A stretch of DNA of 55,603 bases, filler included, from Squatina squatina (Eukaryota): NCBI GenBank assembly GCA_031763465.1. It is 3 parts of 3 records of this genome, joined end to end, with 100 filler letters (N's around TTAATTAATTAA, not from the genome) between each part and the next. Parts side by side here need not be neighbours in the genome. Positions count along the whole stretch, not along the records: positions 36,137 to 55,603 come from JARFOE010000176.1; 2 more parts are not named here. One strand, given 5' to 3'. A model generated the notes under the pieces. The model was not told where the DNA came from. It saw only the letters and a list, made by a program, of their open reading frames with translations, and did no database searches. Both the position numbers and the translations under genes were made by a program. Below are positions 37,236 to 49,235 of the stretch, piece after piece (position 1 is the stretch's first letter; the number at the start of each line of letters is the position of its first letter).

Positions 37236-37838
37236 GGAATTCTATACCTCAAAGGNNNNNNNNNNNNNNNNNNNNNNNNNNNNNNNNNNNNNNNNNNNNN
37301 NNNNNNNNNNNNNNNNNNNNNNNNNNNNNNNNNNNNNNNNNNNNNNNNNNNNNNNCATAACTGGCTTTTGCGATCTCTCTCCGGGTGCGTAGGAACATCG
37401 TTCCCACTTGGGGAGATCGCAATTTCAGGGCCATTGTTTTTAATATGTATTCTATACACACACAACAGAAATAACAGATACAAATTTGTTAATTGATGCA
37501 CAAGAGAGCAACACAAAAATGAAATAAAAGCAAGAAATATAGGTAATAAGTGAAAAGGAAAAGAGGCAAAGGAAAAATGAAAAACACACCATAAGAAAAA
37601 TCCAGCATTTAAAAAAAAAATACACAATTAGTCACAGCTGAGTAAACAGCCATGCATTGTGAAATGAATATTTAATGCTCTAACCTTTAGTTTCTATGAA
37701 TGAACAACCTTGATGGTTTTATATGTAGTGGACTAGCCAATTAAATCTGTATTGTTATTTTAATTGCAAATGGTATGAATAGAAAATGAATTTGAAATCT
37801 TTTTGCAACAAAATGAGAATCTTTTGTTTTCAATACAG

Positions 37839-38055
37839 CCTCTGACAAAAGGTGAAGCCTTGTGCAGCGTGATGGGTTTTAAATTGAAATACCAATCAAC
37901 AGAAAACATTACCTGGCTGGAACGTGTTGGAGATGTTACAAGTTACAGCTTTCCCCTGACTAATGAAATTACGAGTGTCTCAGTGATTGCTTTCAATTCT
38001 ATTGGTTCTTCTAGAAGAAATTTTAAACTAACATTGTCAAAGGACAGCAGCAAAG
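37839..38055 (+). CDS. LEPR: Leptin receptor exon, fibronectin type III domain
   Basis: tacag acceptor; PLTKGEALCSVMGFKLKYQSTENITWLERVGDVTSYSFPLTNEITSVSVIAFNSIGSSRRNFKLTLSKDSSK; donor G|GTTGGT; 217 nt. Compare mammalian PL.KNDSLCSV...TW.EDVGN...VTVLA.NSIGAS..NFNLT.S...SK. Confidence 0.92.
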
Positions 38056-38260
38056 GTTGGTTCAATATACTCTAGTTCACTCTGTGACTATAGATGTTTA
38101 TTATGTAGCACTGAGTGCTCTATGTAAAATTAGATTACAGTAAAGTAATGAATGAATTTTATTACCTGTATAATCAATAACTTCAATGATTGAGTAATAA
38201 GAGCTTTGTATTCACTGTCGTATCATTTGTAATGGAAAAAAAAATGTTTGATCACAGCAG

Positions 38261-38449
38261 TGCACGTTCTTCGATCGCTTCATGCCTTGGTGATAAACAG
38301 CAGTTGTGTAATGGTTTCTTGGAGCGTGTTTCCTCTGAATCACCAACCGACGGCTTTTGTGATAGAATGGAAAAGTCTGCCAAATAACGATGAGGGAAGG
38401 ATGAAGTGGATGAGGGCTTCTGCAAACCTCACGAGAGTGTACATTTATG
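38261..38449 (+). CDS. LEPR: Leptin receptor exon, membrane-proximal FNIII domain
   Basis: CAGCAG acceptor; (V)HVLRSLHALVINSSCVMVSWSVFPLNHQPTAFVIEWKSLPNNDEGRMKWMRASANLTRVYIY; donor G|GTAGGT. Phase-compatible with the preceding exon. Compare SLSAYPLNSSCVIVSW...FIIEWK.LNED..KWLR. Confidence 0.92.
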
Positions 38450-40100
38450 GTAGGTTTTGTTTTGTAATTTAAAAAATCCTGGGAATTATTCTGTTTCAAG
38501 ACTTCCAAAAATGCAGTTCTTCTCCAAGCAGTATTGAAAAGTGGATAACTGTCAAATTTTGTCTGATTATGCACCTGTGAAGTGCCTGGGATGTTTCACT
38601 GCATTACAGGCACCATATAAATGCAGTTTGTTGCTGATACAGAATCATGGCTTTTATTCTTTTGCCAACATTAATAGAAATGGCCCATTTTACATTGCTT
38701 GAAAGATCTTTAGGCCTAACATTTATCTGAGTTTGTGAAGCCTTGCTTCATGGTGTTGTGGTTTCTTCTAATTTCATAGAATAACTTTGAAAACTACATA
38801 GAAAAAGGTAACAGTCCTCTAAATGTTACATTATGTCAGACCCTTATCTGGCTTAAACAGAACTAATACTGTGGCCTGATTCAAGGCAAATAGAATGAGA
38901 TAGTTAATCCTGGTCTTCTCATAGACTTACAGTAATGCTGGTGCTACCAAGTCTTTTGGAGATTTTTGAAGGGGAGAAATCAGCAGACAGACTATTGCTC
39001 TACAGGATTTACCCACTGAGAGTGATTGGATGACCCTGGGAAGCCAGCTTAACTCTGTCACTTTGGCTGATTCCCTCGTGTGTTGTGGCCATAAATGTGT
39101 AAGGTTAAGGTTGTCAAAAAAAGTAGCTTGGTCTCTTTGGGGCGGATAATATGTCCAGATGTATAGACGACCATGAAATTCTCTAAGAGTAGAATCAATT
39201 TTCTTAGGGTTAAATTTGGATGTTCTATTCCACGGCAATGCAGCCTGAATGATATTGTGGGCTTTGTTTCAAGTTGCCTGTCAAAAAGGGTTTCTGATCT
39301 TATCCAAAAATGTTGGTACTTTATCTTTGGAGTAACATAGATTGTTTGCCATCTGAATTTGAGGATTTTCTTAGTTCATGTTTATTCTTACTGTGCGTCT
39401 GCAGAGGAGCGAGAACATGTTTACTCAACTGTCAGAATCCTGGGCCCTGGTTTTTATCCGGAGGTGCGAGGACGGTAGCGAGCGATGAAACCGCAACAAT
39501 GCGCAATGTGTAAGCCTGCCCGATTTTAACCGACAGACAAAATTTAAATAATGCTTCCAGTGTTCTCATCTTGATGATCTGTCTACAGGCATGCTGCTCA
39601 CTCACATTTTCCCAACCAATATTTAAAGGCTCAGTCCACCTCTGCAAGAGAAGCTGAGGGAAAGGAGTGAAGTAGCATTGTAGAAAAGTTACAAATTGGA
39701 CAGATGGCTGCAAAGATGTTATTTATATCAATCAGTTCAAAATGATTTTATAAATACAAACAAATTCTCTTCGGATGGATAGAGATTTGCAACTGTGTTC
39801 ACAACATGTCTTCATCACTATACAACAACACATGCTGGAACTACTCTGCAAATATTGAGAGAGAGCAAGATTGGGCGGGGTATAAAACCCAGTGTTCCAC
39901 CCGAACCCGTGGGTTTCCCACTGAGTGGGATAGGTTAAAATCACCCCATTGTGTGTAAGTACTTTAACATATTTTGGTGTGAAAGATGCCACCTANNNNN
40001 NNNNNNNNNNNNNNNNNNNNNNNNNNNNNNNNNNNNNNNNNNNNNNNNNNNNNNNNNNNNNNNNNNNNNNNNNNNNNNNNNNNNNNNNNNNNNNNATTAG

Positions 40101-40176
40101 AATAAGAAATCTTATCTGGAAAAAGGTCCCTAATCCCAACAAGTGCTCCTGGGCTCAAGGAATTGACTTTAAAAAG
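40101..40176 (+). CDS. LEPR: Leptin receptor exon with JAK-binding Box1
   Basis: attag acceptor right after a gap; (R)IRNLIWKKVPNPNKCSWAQGIDFKK; donor AAG|GTGGGT; 76 nt. Compare [26 protein letters not shown]. Confidence 0.93.
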
Positions 40177-41559
40177 GTGGGTTTTTATTTTTTATTTTAT
40201 ATTCCTTCCATTTTTATGTAAACATAATAAATAATGAACACATGAGACTGATTACAAAGATTAATGGTTACCTGTGAGTGGTTATATGGAGATTAGTGGA
40301 TACTTTCGAGTAATTATGTAGAGATTAATAAGCATTTATTACACTGAGAATAATGGCTAACAGGGAATGATTGCACAGAGAAAATTGGTTTGTGGTGATT
40401 GTGCAAAGATTAATGTATACCTGGGGTTGATTGTGATTCAATAATTTAATTGATGAGTTAAAACAGTTTAGATGTGAAATAACCAATACCTGGAATTGAT
40501 TAAAAGACAGCAGTCTAATCAAGGGAATTGGATTAAATAAACAGTGTAAACATTTTTAAATTATTGAATTTAACCTCTTCTGTCATTAAAAAAAATCTCT
40601 TCAATTGAGACAACATTATTGTACTGAAGCAATTATGCTCACAGTTTGTAATATTCTTTTCAAATGATAAAAATCAATTGAATCCACAAATATTCCTCAT
40701 TGAGTGAGTGTTGGATATTTGCCTTTGAAAATAGTCAATAAGTGAATTGTAATTAAGTATCAAATGGCTAGAAATTAAATAAAATGCCTCCTTTTCAATC
40801 ACCAACCGGTTTGATCCTTATCAAAGTGAAAGAAGGAGTTGTTGGAGAAAGGACCATGCTTCCATTTTGGTCTGATTACTTAGCATTTCCATAAGTCAGC
40901 ATTCCCCCGCCTCTGACCCCCACTGTCCAACAGTTGACTTCAGAATACCACATATTGGTTCCACTCCTTAATCTCTGGATCTTGAGCCTGTCATTGCTGT
41001 TAGGTTTTCAACTTTCCAATCCAGCAGAGATTAACCACAGATCGTTCACTTGAAACTCAAAAAAATCACCAGAGTTAACTGCTCTGTCCCTTTTTCTTTA
41101 GGATTAATTATACAGATTGAAAACTGTTGACCTATAAACTAGATTAGTCTGAAGACTACTTTGTGGCAGGCTGCTCTGATAACTGCACTAAAGTTGCGTT
41201 TATGTTGATGGTATTGCATTGAAGAGGGGCATTTAAGTGGAAATTCACAACTACTCCCTCTCTCATAAATGGCACTGTCCCTGTTTGTCTGATTTTGGGT
41301 ACTGGGGAGCCCGTAGAAGGGAAGTCTGTGTTTTGTCGTTATTTCTGATGGTAACTCTCAGGACTTACGTAAAGCTAAACACCACCAGAGCATGCAATTC
41401 CCTCTTTTGCAATGATAATGTGCTGCTTACTTCCCACTATGACACATTATCAATGTAAAATCACCAATGAAAGTAATTTCTAAATGAGATGCCCTTCCTA
41501 TCCTAACCATTTCTAGCCATTTGACAATTGCAATTCACTTATTGACTATTTTCAAAGAC

Positions 41560-42062
41560 AAATACCCAACACTCACTCAACGAACATAACAAAAACAGAT
41601 TATCTGGTCATTATCACATTAGAACTATAGAAAAAATACAGCACAGAAGTTGGCCATTCGGCCCATCGTGTCCATGCCGGCTNNNNNNNNNNGTTTACAG
41701 CACTTCAGGTGCGGGTCCAGGTACCTTTTAAAAGAGTTGAGGAAGTGACCAGGAGGATTAATGAGGGGATGTTGTCTGCATAGATTTTAGTAAGGCAATT
41801 GACCAGGTTTCACATGGCAAACTGGTCAGAAAAGTAAAAGCCCATGGGATACAGGGGGATGTGACGAGTTGGATCAAAAATTGGCTCAGTAATGGGAAAC
41901 AAAGGGCATTGCTGTTTGTGGGAGCTTACTGTGTGCAAATTGGCTGCCACGTTTCCCACATTGCAACAGTGACTATACTTCAAAAATACTTCATTGGCTG
42001 TAAAGCATTTTGAGATGTCCAGTGGTCGTGAAAGGTGCTATATAAATCCAAGTCTTTTTTTT
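41560..42062 (+). mobile_element. DeuSINE-like 3' half split by a CR1 insertion (41621-41906)
   Basis: aaaacagattatctggtcattatcaCATT | insert | CATTgctgtttgtgggagcttactgtgtgcaaattggctgcc...gaaaggtgctatataaatccaagtc. Confidence 0.8.
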
Positions 42063-42373
42063 AGCTGTACTAGAACCATATTCAGTTACAGAATAGCTTT
42101 GAAATTTATTTTGTTTTTTTTAATTATCATTCTGGTGCAAATCAATATATGAACAGTAACTGATGGTGGAAGATTAATAAAGTGTGACAGAAAATATCAG
42201 ATATACTGTCCCAATGGAGCATAATTAATAAAAATGATACCATTAATGGCTATTGACCTATTACTGATAGAACCAGAAATATTTACTGTGAACATCAGCA
42301 GCAACAAAGATGCATCTCTCGGTTCAATTTGTAAAGGATCCAAAGGCTATTACAAATGTCTTTCTTATTGCAG

Positions 42374-43243
42374 TCTGGCACTATTGCGAATCTGTTTGGG
42401 AAACACCACCAAGGTGTGATGCCTGTTGTCCCACTCCTTGTTGAACCAGAAATATTTGCTGTNNNNNNNNNNNNNNNNNNNNNNNNNNNNNNNNNNNNNN
42501 NNNNNNNNNNNNNNNNNNNNNNNNNNNNNNNNNNNNNNNNNNNNNNNNNNNNNNNNNNNNNNNNNNNNNNNNNNNNNNNNNNNNNNNNNNNNNNNNNNNN
42601 NNNNNNNNNNNNNNNNNNNNNNNNNNNNNNNNNNNNNNNNNNNNNNNNNNNNNNNNNNNNNNNNNNNNNNNNNNNNNNNNNNNNNNNNNNNNNNNNNNNN
42701 NNNNNNNNNNNNNNNNNNNNNNNNNNNNNNNNNNNNNNNNNNNNNNNNNNNNNNNNNNNNNNNNNNNNNNNNNNNNNNNNNNNNNNNNNNNNNNNNNNNN
42801 NNNNNNNNNNNNNNNNNNNNNNNNNNNNNNNNNNNNNNNNNNNNNNNNNNNNNNNNNNNNNNNNNNNNNNNNNNNNNNNNNNNNNNNNNNNNNNNNNNNN
42901 NNNNNNNNNNNNNNNNNNNNNNNNNNNNNNNNNNNNNNNNNNNNNNNNNNNNNNNNNNNNNNNNNNNNNNNNNNNNNNNNNNNNNNNNNNNNNNNNNNNN
43001 NNNNNNNNNNNNNNNNNNNNNNNNNNNNNNNNNNNNNNNNNNNNNNNNNNNNNNNNNNNNNNNNNNNCAATATCTTGCATGGATTCATTGCTGAAATTCA
43101 GCCTTAATGGAGGTCATTCTCCTCAGACGGCTCTCAGGTCATATATGCCTCAGTTTCATACAAAAACTTGTAAGCGCTCAAAAACAAATACAGAAGACCA
43201 AACATCATCAAGCTGCCTTAAAGGTTTGCCTGCAATTGACTAA
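42374..43243 (+). CDS. LEPR: Leptin receptor terminal exon of the long signalling form (middle 605 nt are N)
   Basis: ttgcag acceptor (phase 0, fits the Box1 exon); SGTIANLFGKHHQGVMPVVPLLVEPEIFA (compare PETFEHLFIKH...PLLLEPE). After the gap, in the same frame: ...ALRSYMPQFHTK...GLPAID* with the STAT3 YxxQ motif at 43142-43153 and TAA at 43241-43243. Confidence 0.9.
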   Translation, partial: SGTIANLFGKHHQGVMPVVPLLVEPEIFAXXXXXXXXXXXXXXXXXXXXXXXXXXXXXXXXXXXXXXXXXXXXXXXXXXXXXXXXXXXXXXXXXXXXXXXXXXXXXXXXXXXXXXXXXXXXXXXXXXXXXXXXXXXXXXXXXXXXXXXXXXXXXXXXXXXXXXXXXXXXXXXXXXXXXXXXXXXXXXXXXXXXXXXXXXXXXXXXXXXXXXXXXXXXXXXXXXXXXXXXXXXISCMDSLLKFSLNGGHSPQTALRSYMPQFHTKTCKRSKTNTEDQTSSSCLKGLPAID

Positions 43244-43920
43244 AATTTTTGTCTTTGTAAGCAATATACTGTATACTTTGTTTTGTGTTCTCTCTTTAAA
43301 TCCATTCCAAACCAAGGGTGTGTGTACCTGGATTACTGACCGACCCATATGTACTGAACACTTCATACTTGCATTCTTTTTAATTTGTGAAGCTAGAAAG
43401 AATGATAAGACACAGTGCACCAAACTCATTAAAAGTCAGAGAAATAAATCAACAAGGAGGCGGAGCCAAACTTCAAAACTTGCAGGAGGAAGGGAAAACT
43501 GCAGGAGCTAAGTTCCATAGTATTGAAAGCATAAATTAAATTAGTCTTGCTTTCAACATAGTTAGAATGCAGGAAGGAGAAAGAGCATTTAGGATGGAAT
43601 GTTTGAACTTGAGAGCAAAGTTTAGAGGATGAATGGCAATAGTAGGATTAATAAAATAGAGACAATAGAGAGAGATTGTAGTCTAGAGGTCATAATAGCA
43701 TGTCTTCTCTTGGTCGCCTCAATGGTTTGAACAGTGTTGAGTCTGAATGAATGCAATGATAAATGTGTCATTATTCCATAAGTGCATTACAACGTATAGA
43801 AGTGTGTGCTTACGCTTTCANNNNNNNNNNNNNNNNNNNNNNNNNNNNNNNNNNNNNNNNNNNNNNNNNNNNNNNNNNNNNNNNNNNNNNNNNNNNNNNN
43901 NNNNNNNNNNNNNNNNNNNN

Positions 43921-44660
43921 TTCAAGAAAGGAGAGAGGGATAAACCAGGAAACTACAAGCCACTCAGCCTAACAACGGTGGTGGTGAAGTTATTGGAAAC
44001 CATATCAGAGACAATATAAACTTTCATTTGGAAAAGCATGGACTAATCAAGGATTTGTTAATGACAAATCATGTCTGACTAACTTGGATCAGTTTTGGGT
44101 TCATTACTGTCTTCAATTTTTATAAACAGCCTAGACTCTGGTGTAGGGACCAGCATTATAAAATTGGCAGATGATCCGAAACTTGGCAAAGTAGTAGATC
44201 ATGATGACGATAGTTATGTTTCAGATGACATAGACAGGATGGTGAAGTGGGTTGAAGCTTGGCAGATGGAGGTCAATGCAGAGAAATGTGACGCGTTACA
44301 CTTGGAGGACTGATATGGAAAGACGGTGTACTATAAACGGCACGACATTGAAAAGTGTTGATGAGCAGAGGGACCTTGGTGTCCATATACACACATCCTT
44401 AAAGGTGGCAGAGTAAGTTGATAAGGTGGTCAAAAAACGTATGGGCTACTTGGGTTTATATATAGAGGCATAGAATATAAAAGCAAAGAGATCATGCTGG
44501 AACTTTCTAAATCACTGGTTCGGCCTCCGCTGGAGTACTGTGGACAATTCGGGGCATCACACTTCAGGAAAGATGTGAAGGCCTTAGAAAGGGTGCAGAG
44601 GAGGTTTACCAGGGTGTTAGCAGGGATGAGGGACTTCAGTTATGAGGAGGGGCTGGAAAA
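43921..44660 (+). mobile_element. CR1 LINE RT pseudogene with internal deletions
   Basis: FKKGERDKPGNYKPLSLTTVVVKLLETI; IIKLADDPKLG (FADDTK); DDIDRMVKWVEAWQMEVNAEKC; SLVRPPLEYCGQFGASHFRKDVKALERVQRRFTR. Confidence 0.9.
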
Positions 44661-46799
44661 GCGAAGTGGTTTTACTTGTGGAAACTGCGAGTTAAGATTA
44701 TTGGATGAAAGGTAATGAACTTAAACCTGACCAAGCTGAAATTGCCAGGTGATTTCATTGGGTCTTTCTGTCTGACCTTGTGGCACCATGTGGTTAGCCA
44801 AATGAAAATCTGGCCCCACGGTACTGCTCAGGGAATCCAGAGGAGCNNNNNNNNNNNNNNNNNNNNNNNNNNNNNNNNNNNNNNNNNNNNNNNNNNNNNN
44901 NNNNNNNNNNNNNNNNNNNNNNNNNNNNNNNNNNNNNNNNNNNNNNCTTTAAACTCTTTTTTTTTAAATCTGAGGATTTGTGTTGTTATAATACTCAGAT
45001 CAGAAATAACAGTTTTATTTTTACTTTAGATTTTGTATTAGTGATTTTTTTTTATATGACTATTTTTGTGCTGTGGCCATTAAAGGAAAAGAATTGTACA
45101 CTGAGAGTACTTATGCAATAATGGACAATACTTTTGGTATATTCAGCTATGTATCAGCTGTGCAATACTCCAAAAATATAAACATTTTGTAGAAGACATA
45201 ACTTTCATTGATTCTTGCTTCCCTTCCCCTGGAGACCTCGCACTCTGGGTTTCCAGTTCAACCAAGACGCCTCTCTAATAATGCAGATTACAATATGCAG
45301 GGAGCAGCTCCATAGAGAAATTGGAAACTGACATTTCAAAGTTGCCTGGATGCCAATCCAGAAGTGCTGCAAGCTGAGAGTGTGCCAATAGGTTACTGAT
45401 GCCACTTATATTATAAGCGATGCATCATTGGGGGCTGAGGTAGCCTTTTGTCATCATTGAATAGCTTATCAACAAATTTAAAAAGTCAGGAATATAACTA
45501 CAAAAATCGTGTCACTGAAGTGCATAACAGCAATTTTTAGCTCCAAACATTTTAATTTTTGTTGACGAAGTACTTGGTTTGTCTTGCCCAGTAATCTTAC
45601 TCCAAATTATTTCAGGAATTTGCCAAGATCTATTCCTATCTTCTCGAACAACAACATTAAAGATGATCAAAATAAAATGTTTTAAATGCATTTTCCATTT
45701 TTTTGTTCCATGTTCCATGCCACTTTTACCTGACATCAGACAATTCAAAACAGTGGGTAATAAAAGTGGGTGCCTTCCCTTCTGCAAGGTCAAAAATTGA
45801 TTTGCTGATGGAGAAACTGGCTTTGAACAAGTGCTAGAAATTAGACATTGCACTAAAACCTTCCATCATTGATGTTAGGATAAATGCCAGCATTCTGCAG
45901 TGTCCTTGATAAAGAGGCACCAGAGATGTAATGAGCTTCTTAAATTACAGAAGATCAATAATGAGAAATTGTAGAAGACCTTAATGTCAGTATGGTCTTA
46001 AATTGTAAAGGCTTCAAGGCTCCAACAGCAAGTAATTTCAGATTAAAATTGAATCAACTATTGGGTGTCATGGTGGTGCAATGCCATGCTTTGAGATCAT
46101 AGATCTTTAAATTAATTACAGAATCGATAAGTTGTGAACATTTCAGAAACTCAGACTATATTTAGGGGACATTTTTGGGATGTATTCCTTGCTCATCTGT
46201 TGATCATATTGAACAAAAATTAGCATCATTTAATTTTCCTCCTCGTGGCCAGTTTAGAGTTTCATTAGTGAAGGCCCTAAGTCAGGTTGATTGTCCACTC
46301 TTTCAGTGGAAGAATATATATGATCCAGGAAGACCAGAGGACCAGGGATCATTTGCAATAAATTAAGAATGTAAAAAGACTTGGAGCAAGAAAAGACCAT
46401 TTGACCCATCAAGCCAAATCCTTCTATAGAATACATACAATCTACCATATTATGGACTCCACCCCATCCGTTAATATCCTGGGAAAATCCATCATGTTCA
46501 TCTATTGCACATCTTCGTTATTNNNNNNNNNNNNNNNNNNNNNNNNNNNNNNNNNNNNNNNNNNNNNNNNNNNNNNNNNNNNNNNNNNNNNNNNNNNNNN
46601 NNNNNNNNNNNNNNNNNNNNNNGTGGGGGGTGGAAATTTAATTTTGGGGGATTGTTTCCTACTTCAACATCAATTTCATTTTCACAGCAAAGATTTTCCT
46701 TATTAAAATGTGATACCAGTACAATAATTATGGTACATGAGGACGGGCGTTAGGATTCGCCGCATATTACTTGTATTTAAATATAAATAGACCTTGCAA

Positions 46800-47375
46800 C
46801 TGCCAAAAAATATAGATGGGAAGCAGTGACCGACGTAATGAGCGTCTGGGGACTCTGGGGCTAGTTAATTGCAAACCGCACGCCCCTTTTCAATGCCTTT
46901 GCGCATGTTACTGACACTACACTTTGCACTTCATTCAAATGTATGCGGTTCGTGAAAGCCAGATGGAGCTGTCAGAGGGAGAGACACAAACGTGCGGAAG
47001 CTAGCCAGGATGGATCTGGGGCTGTAAGTACTTACACAGGGCGGCAGGATCAGGCTGTATGTGGAGATTGTCGCATTGTCCAGGACGGCTGACCTTTCTT
47101 CCTCTCACTGCCTTTACTTGAAGGGGGAGCTGAGCCCTTCTTCGGTGACACGACTGGACAGTGCCCGGGAGCGCGAGAGTCCAACAGCCGGACAATAGAG
47201 GCTCGCGCCTCAACTGGACACTCACCAGCAGCGCGAGCGAGACTGCCGGACAATACGAGCAGCAGCCGGACCAGGGCTCCAACGCGTGGTTTTTGTTTTA
47301 TTTTTTTACCCTCCCCCCCCACAGTGGGCAGCACATCCAACCGACGCCAACATCGGTCTTCCGATTCTTTGAAAG
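46800..47375 (+). promoter_or_regulatory. CpG-enriched region with a probable non-coding first exon (PDE4B 5' end)
   Basis: CpG-rich unique sequence that ends at a donor AAG|GTAGGA (47375/47376). Lies between the LEPR stop and the first PDE4B coding exon seen. Gene assignment is by position only. Confidence 0.5.
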
Positions 47376-49235
47376 GTAGGACTTACTGAATAACCTATAT
47401 ACAGCTGAGTTCAAATGTTCAATTTCTAATTTATGTGCGCGATCTTTGCGCCAATAACAGTTGAAGAGCAGCACTCTCAGAAACATAAACGATGCACGAC
47501 AGAGTTTTCACTTCATTGCCAGCAGGGACTTGACTGACATATTGCATTTTCTGACTGCATTTTGATAGACATACACTGTTTCACCCCTTCCCCACCCCCT
47601 CGTGGAAAGCTGTTTTAAAACACAACACTTTGCCTTGTGCTTGTGCCAGAAACAACATTTGGCAGGCGACAATGAGAAACGTGCTGAAACGTTGTGTTTC
47701 CTGTATTTGTGAACTGAGCCATTATTACAGTATTGCGTGTTTGAAGAGTTTCCTCGCTTGTCTTTAAATAATGGCAAGCAATCGAGATTGCGGGGCGGGG
47801 GGGACCGTGCCTTTTCCTCCATTTCATTACTTGGGAATGCTTTACAAACGAGTCAGCCCAGGCGGTGATTTCGAATGGTTTGATTGCAAGCAGCTTCACT
47901 TCCATGTTTTTAGTGTTCCGGGATGGAATACTATTAAGCGCTGAATGCATTTTGACGGTTTGCTCGCTTTATAGAGACGCAGAAAACAAAGAAGCATATT
48001 TTCTTCCTTGCATCTTGCATTGGGACGTCCTGAGGGCGTGAAAGGCGCTGTATATATGCAAGACTTTTTTACAGTTTTGCAGTGCAATTGCAAACACATC
48101 GTATAACCTCTGTGCGTCCAATCTTGTACTGTTTTAAGGGAATTTGAACACTTTTTCTGGTGTTTGGAGATTGAAACAAGGTGGGGTAATTCATCATTGT
48201 CATCAAGTAAGTTTGGTGATGGTAGACTATGAAGTTTTAAATAGTGGACTACATTTAATTTTTGCTTTGTTTCTTTAACTTGCGTATAATGCTATTTTTG
48301 TCCAGTTAAGATAGGTGGAGGTTTTACTTTTTCGTGGCACAGGCGAAACACCCTCTTGGTTTAGTTGGCATGATAAGCAAATCTTAACATTAAAAAAAAT
48401 GCTTTTCAAACTCGAGTCCATTCAAAGTTTAAATAATTAGGTCTAAATTCCTTTGCCACTTGTACCTTCTTTCTGCTCCCATTGCAGGTTTCATAGGTTC
48501 CATTCTGAATACAGCAGGACTAAAGTGCTATAAACTATAATTGGACCAATGTACAGTAATATTTTCAATTACTGGAATACCCAGTCCACAATTCTAAACA
48601 TTCTTGTTTTAAAGATTTATTTGCATCAGTGACTGCTTTCACAATGGCAAATAGTCCCTGCACAATTGCAGCTTTTGTCTTCTCTTAATCTTTTTTCTTC
48701 TTGCCGTTACTAAAGAAGTCGATCTCCACTAACTCATTCAATGGGTCAACATTCCCAATCAGATCTCTACCTTTTGAGGGTCTGCCACCAAGTCAAGTGA
48801 GGTATTTATCTAGGTATTCTCCTAACTTCTCTATTTTAATAAATATTACACTACCCTGAATCTACTCACAAATGTGTTGGTTGAATCAAGGGATGGCCAG
48901 TCCCAGACTGAACAGTCAAGTTTTCATTTCCTGGGGTGCATTTGTGGATGCCACTGTTATCTGGCGTGATCTGCACTTCATGAATAAAGNNNNNNNNNNN
49001 NNNNNNNNNNNNNNNNNNNNNNNNNNNNNNNNNNNNNNNNNNNNNNNNNNNNNNNNNNNNNNNNNNNNNNNNNNNNNNNNNNNNNNNNNTATGAAAAACC
49101 CAACAGAAAGATGATGCACAATACTTTACACTATTCATCATAAAAGTGCTTTCCAAAATTAAAGTTAATCCTTTGTGTGTAGTGTACTCCTATTTTTTTC
49201 CTAAAATAAATTACATGTTTATCTTCTCTTTTTAG

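Noticed and set aside
38781-38807. Mini-exon candidate for the next LEPR exon
   Set aside because: Immediate in-frame TAA in the required phase and no similarity to the expected exon.
42295-43094. Several 220-260-aa ORFs in other frames
   Set aside because: They consist almost entirely of N. Only the frame of 42356-43243 is supported.
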